DNA of 63,775 nt, counting the filler, from Olpidium bornovanus S191 (taxonomy: Eukaryota; Fungi; Olpidiomycota): the NCBI GenBank assembly GCA_017911155.1. It is 28 parts of 28 records of this genome, joined end to end, with 100 filler letters (N's around TTAATTAATTAA, not from the genome) between each part and the next. Parts side by side here need not be neighbours in the genome. Positions count along the whole stretch, not along the records: positions 59,726 to 62,296 come from JAEFCI010008057.1; positions 62,397 to 63,775 come from JAEFCI010008241.1; 26 more parts are not named here. The stretch is one strand, 5' to 3'. Under the pieces are notes generated by a model, which saw nothing but the letters and a program-made list of their open reading frames with translations, was not told the DNA's origin and searched no databases. The translations under genes were made by a program, and so were the position numbers. Below, one piece after another: positions 60,123-63,775 of this stretch; positions within the stretch are counted from its first letter, which is position 1; every line of letters begins with the position of its first letter.

Positions 60123-62257
60123 AAGGTCGGTCGAGCTGTCGACCAGGTTCAGCCAAGCAACGTCCCTTACGGTTCAGACGACTCACCTGCTCATCCACGT
60201 CGTCAGGTCGTCGAAGAAGGCCTTCCCGGCGTGCTCAATGTAAAATGCCTTTGCGAGTTCGATCGGCTGCGTGACCTCCTTCTCCTGCAGTATATTAAAC
60301 CCGGCATCCTCGATCCTCTGGATAATCGCATCTTTGTATCCTTTTGCCATCGCGTCGGGCTTGATAAGTGCTAAAGTGTACTCCAGGTTAGGCGGAGGCG
60401 GCGGGATGTTCTCGGATTTAACGATGTCTGGGAAAATCAGGTCGAGCTCCCTGTATGCAGAATCAGGACTGTCTGAACCGTGCACGGCGTTTCTCATCGT
60501 GTCTGTGCCGTACCGGGCGCGGATGCTTCGAAGTTGTCGGAAATGGGGCGTCAGATCTGTGCGCACTTTCGCAACTCCGGCCGTCACGGGCCGTCAGCGG
60601 TGGCCTTCACCTCATCGGTCTATGGATCTTGGCCTCGGCGGGGTCTGTCGGCCCGATCATCTCGCGCCACCCGTGCACGCAATCGTCGCCCTTGACCGCG
60701 GCGACGATGACCGGCCCGCTCGTCAGGTGCGCAATGAGGTCGGCGAAAAACGGCTTCTGCGCGTGCTCCCTGTACAGCTCCCTGGCCCTGTCGGCCGAGA
60801 TCTCCACCTTCTCCTGCTGCAAGACGTCGTAGCCCCTCGCCCGGACGACGTCCAGGATTTCGCCGTCCTTGCCCGCCGCGACGGCGTCAGGCTTGACGAG
60901 GACCAGGGTGACCTCGCTCGCCGACGGCGGGACGTCCGGCCGGCGGCGGACCGGGTACGGGACGTTCGGGAGGTCGCGAAGCTCCGGGCCGGCGCCGAAA
61001 ATCAGCTCGAGCTCGCGGTCCGATGCGGCGATCGAGTCCGAACCGTGCACGGCGTTCCGCGTGCCGTCCGTGCCCGCGAAGGCGCGGATGCTGTTCGGGG
61101 CGGTGTCGCGGGCGATGTCCGAGTTCGTCGGACCGATCATCGTGCGCCAATCCAGGACGGCGTTCTCCTTGTGCAGGTGCAGGGCGATGCAGGGCGCGCT
61201 GCCGGGGGCGTAATAAACAGGTTCACACATTGAGAAATGCCGGTAAATTAAGCCCGCGCGAAGCGCAAACAGCGCGTTCCCTCGGTCTTCCCTGCGCCCT
61301 CCGTTCCACCCTACCTCGTCATGAATCGAATTAAGTCATCGAAGAAAGCCTTTTCCTTGTGCTCCTGGTAAAACTCTTCCGCTCTCTCTTTCGTGAACCA
61401 CACGCGCTTCTCCTTGACAACTTTGAACTGCCCCGCCTTGATGTGGTCCTTAATGGCCTTGACCATTCGCGGCCCGCAGTCCGGCTTGATGATGGCCAGG
61501 GTGTCACCCTCGGCGATGTCGGCGAGCGCCATCGATCCGGCATATGACAATGCCACCTGCGATCTGGTCTTGAGCTTGCTCAGCGGCACGGGCTCCGAAA
61601 CGTCTTCGTCCGGTTCAGGCAACTGCGCGGCCGGGCTGGGCTTGACGTCGTCCCCGTTTTCGAAGTACTAACAGCCTCACTTCCGTCAGCCGTCTTCCCC
61701 CCCCCCCACCCACCCACCCCGAGTGTTCCGGGCGCGCCAACATCATTTGGGATACGACTGACCGGCTGTCGCTCAACGCCCATCTTTTCGAGCTCCAGCT
61801 GCTCCTTGATCGTTGCCTCGATCAAGGGAGAGTTCGCTCCGCGGATGACCTTGACGAGATCGACACCCTAGCCACCGCAATGCCGACACTCGTGAGCCGG
61901 CGCGAAGTATATTCGTCGCATTCTAAGCGGGGGCGTGGGGTGGGGGTTCCTGGTGCGACACCCGGACAGACGCTTCGCACAATGTAGAAGAGGAAGGTGG
62001 GGATCGACCGCCCTCGGTATCTTGCCAGCTGCTCGATCGTGTCCGTCTGGGCCTGAAAGCCGCGTGTGCGTGTGCGTCATGAGGGGGTGAGACGGGAAAG
62101 TGAGCACGACCCCCGGAAGCGCCGCTTGGGGCCAGACAAAACGACGGGCCTCGCACCTGGGCAATCCGGATAGAGTCTCCGAGGTCAAACTTGATCCGCC
62201 TGAAAATGTTCTGCATGGGCAGGCAGGGGCCGGCCCATTTCGCATACGTGTCGACAA
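59726..62257 (-). CDS. NME8: Thioredoxin + three nucleoside-diphosphate-kinase domains (NME8/TXNDC3, axonemal dynein IC1-like); both ends truncated
   Basis: Trx VDTYAKWAGPC...PTFLFY...IRGAN.P. Three NDK repeats begin TLAIIKPD, TLVLVKPD and TLALIKPD, and each ends in NAVHGSD. Confidence 0.92.
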
Positions 62258-62296
<39 letters not shown>

Positions 62297-62417
62297 NNNN
62301 NNNNNNNNNNNNNNNNNNNNNNNNNNNNNNNNNNNNNNNNTTAATTAATTAANNNNNNNNNNNNNNNNNNNNNNNNNNNNNNNNNNNNNNNNNNNNACTG
62401 AATTGCAGAACCACCCA

Positions 62418-62577
62418 TTCGCCAGCACCAGCACCGCCGGCACCGCCAGCACCAGCACCGCCGGCACCGCCAGCACCAGCACCGCCGGCACCGCCAGCAC
62501 CAGCACCAGCACCACCAACACCACCAGCACCACCAGCACCACCAGCACCACCAGCACCACCAGCACCACCAGCAGCC
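62418..62577 (-). repeat. 9-bp / 21-bp tandem repeats, probably encoding (AGG)n/(AG)n
   Basis: (ACCACCAGC)n and (GCCAGCACCAGCACCGCCGGC)-type units. One minus frame reads PWAAAGGAGG...AGEWVVLQF. Confidence 0.85.
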
Positions 62578-62750
62578 GCCCCACGGGGAAACCCGGGCGG
62601 TCAGTTTAAAAGGTCTGTTAGTTAGGCGTTAGAGACGCGGCAGCCAAGAAAAAAAAAAAAAAGGCCGCGCGAAAGGGAACCCCGCCAGGGAACCCCCCCC
62701 CCTCCCCCCCCCGTTCCCTTTCCTCCCGGCCCCCCACCTCCTCCCTTTAC

Positions 62751-63155
62751 CGTATTTTCCGCAGCCGGACTTCTCGGCCCAGTCCGCGAAATTCCGCATC
62801 TTCCTCTGGTGGTCCCTTCGCATGGAGGTCAGGCCCGGGAGACGGACGACCTGCAGCGATCTCCACGCCCCGGCGCTTCCGAGCAGGGTGTCCCTCAACC
62901 GCTTGCTCGTCGCCGCCAGGCGCAGCCTGCTGAGGACGTCCGCCCGCGCGGCGATCGCCTCGACGATCTCCGGAGGCAGGGCGTCGAAGGCCGGGCGGCG
63001 CCGGCCGCCGCCGTCCCCGGGGGATGCGGCGGGGAAGGGCGAGCCGGACCGGCTGGGCGGCTCGCCGGTTTTCCCGATCCGGCCGACTCCACGCTGCGGC
63101 GAAGGCGCGCGGGAGTGTCGGTTGGCGGAGGGGCGGCGGTGTGCTGCGCGGGGCA
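62751..63155 (-). CDS. F-box protein, first exon
   Basis: FDALPPEIVEAIAARADVLSRLRLAATSKRLRD...AWRSL is an F-box consensus. ATG at 63155. Confidence 0.8.
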
Positions 63156-63645
63156 TCCCGGGGGGGGGGTTGGGTCGGGTCGGGTTGGATCGGTGGGGTG
63201 GGCGGGAAGGGATCAGCGGACGTTTGTTTTTTTTTTGTCCGCGGAGGGCAAAGGAGAGGGAAGTTTTTATCTGGGCGGGCGGATTAGCGGGCGGGGTGGG
63301 ATGCCGGATACTTTGTGTTTTGCCTGCTGAGGCGCGAAACGTGAAAAAACGCACCAGAAAAAGGGTTCGTTTGAAAAGGGCGCGCGTGACGACGACGAAA
63401 AGACCGGCACACACTTCACGCGCGCGCGCGCACGCGCCGCACTCCCCCCCTTCTCTTCGTTGTGCAGGACAAAAGGGAGGGGGGGAGGGGGGGTGGAAAA
63501 GGGGAAGGAAGAGAGAGAGAAAATTTCCGCGAGTGATACGAGAAGAAAGAGAGAGGTGCGCGTGCGCGGGCAAGTGTGAGTTGCCGGGACTGAACAAGCC
63601 GTTGCCGACCGAACCAAAAAAAGGCGGAGAAACCAGCGTGTTGAC

Positions 63646-63679
<34 letters not shown>

Positions 63680-63775
63680 AGAAGAAAAAGAAAGGACCGT
63701 GACATAAAAGGCGGTTTCTCGGCGTGCCCGGAGGGCCCTTCGTAAGCGCGGCGCGGGTGGCGGAAGGGGGGTGGG

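Overview
This is not a contiguous locus. It is a concatenation of 28 short contigs (about 1.1-6.2 kb each) joined by 27 artificial 100-nt linkers (44 N + TTAATTAATTAA + 44 N), so adjacency across linkers carries no information and ORFs ending in X/LIN are artefacts. The DNA is GC-rich, intron-containing, homopolymer-rich and eukaryotic. Fungal-type genes (FlbA/Sst2-like DEP-RGS, DUF2408/CUB1, MUP1, Fus3/Kss1-type MAPK, MSH1, LCB2) occur together with a ciliary thioredoxin + 3xNDK (NME8/TXNDC3-like) gene. That combination points to a zoosporic, early-diverging fungus (Olpidium/chytrid-like; this is inference, not a database result). Most contigs carry one partial spliced housekeeping gene (RFC1, eIF3e, APC1, ECT1, TMA22/DENR, EPL1, apyrase, DnaJ, F-box), interspersed with decayed Gypsy- and Copia-like retroelement fragments. 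I found no convincing novel multi-gene system. The best leads are: an animal-type haem peroxidase exon pair missed by the ORF track; the flagellar Trx-3xNDK with a WAGPC site; an intron-bearing GS-I-like glutamylase; a frameshifted orphan coiled-coil ORF; an intronless Myb gene next to a 44-bp minisatellite; microexons and AAG acceptors; and a strong technical signal, namely 16 of 54 contig ends terminating exactly in CATG.
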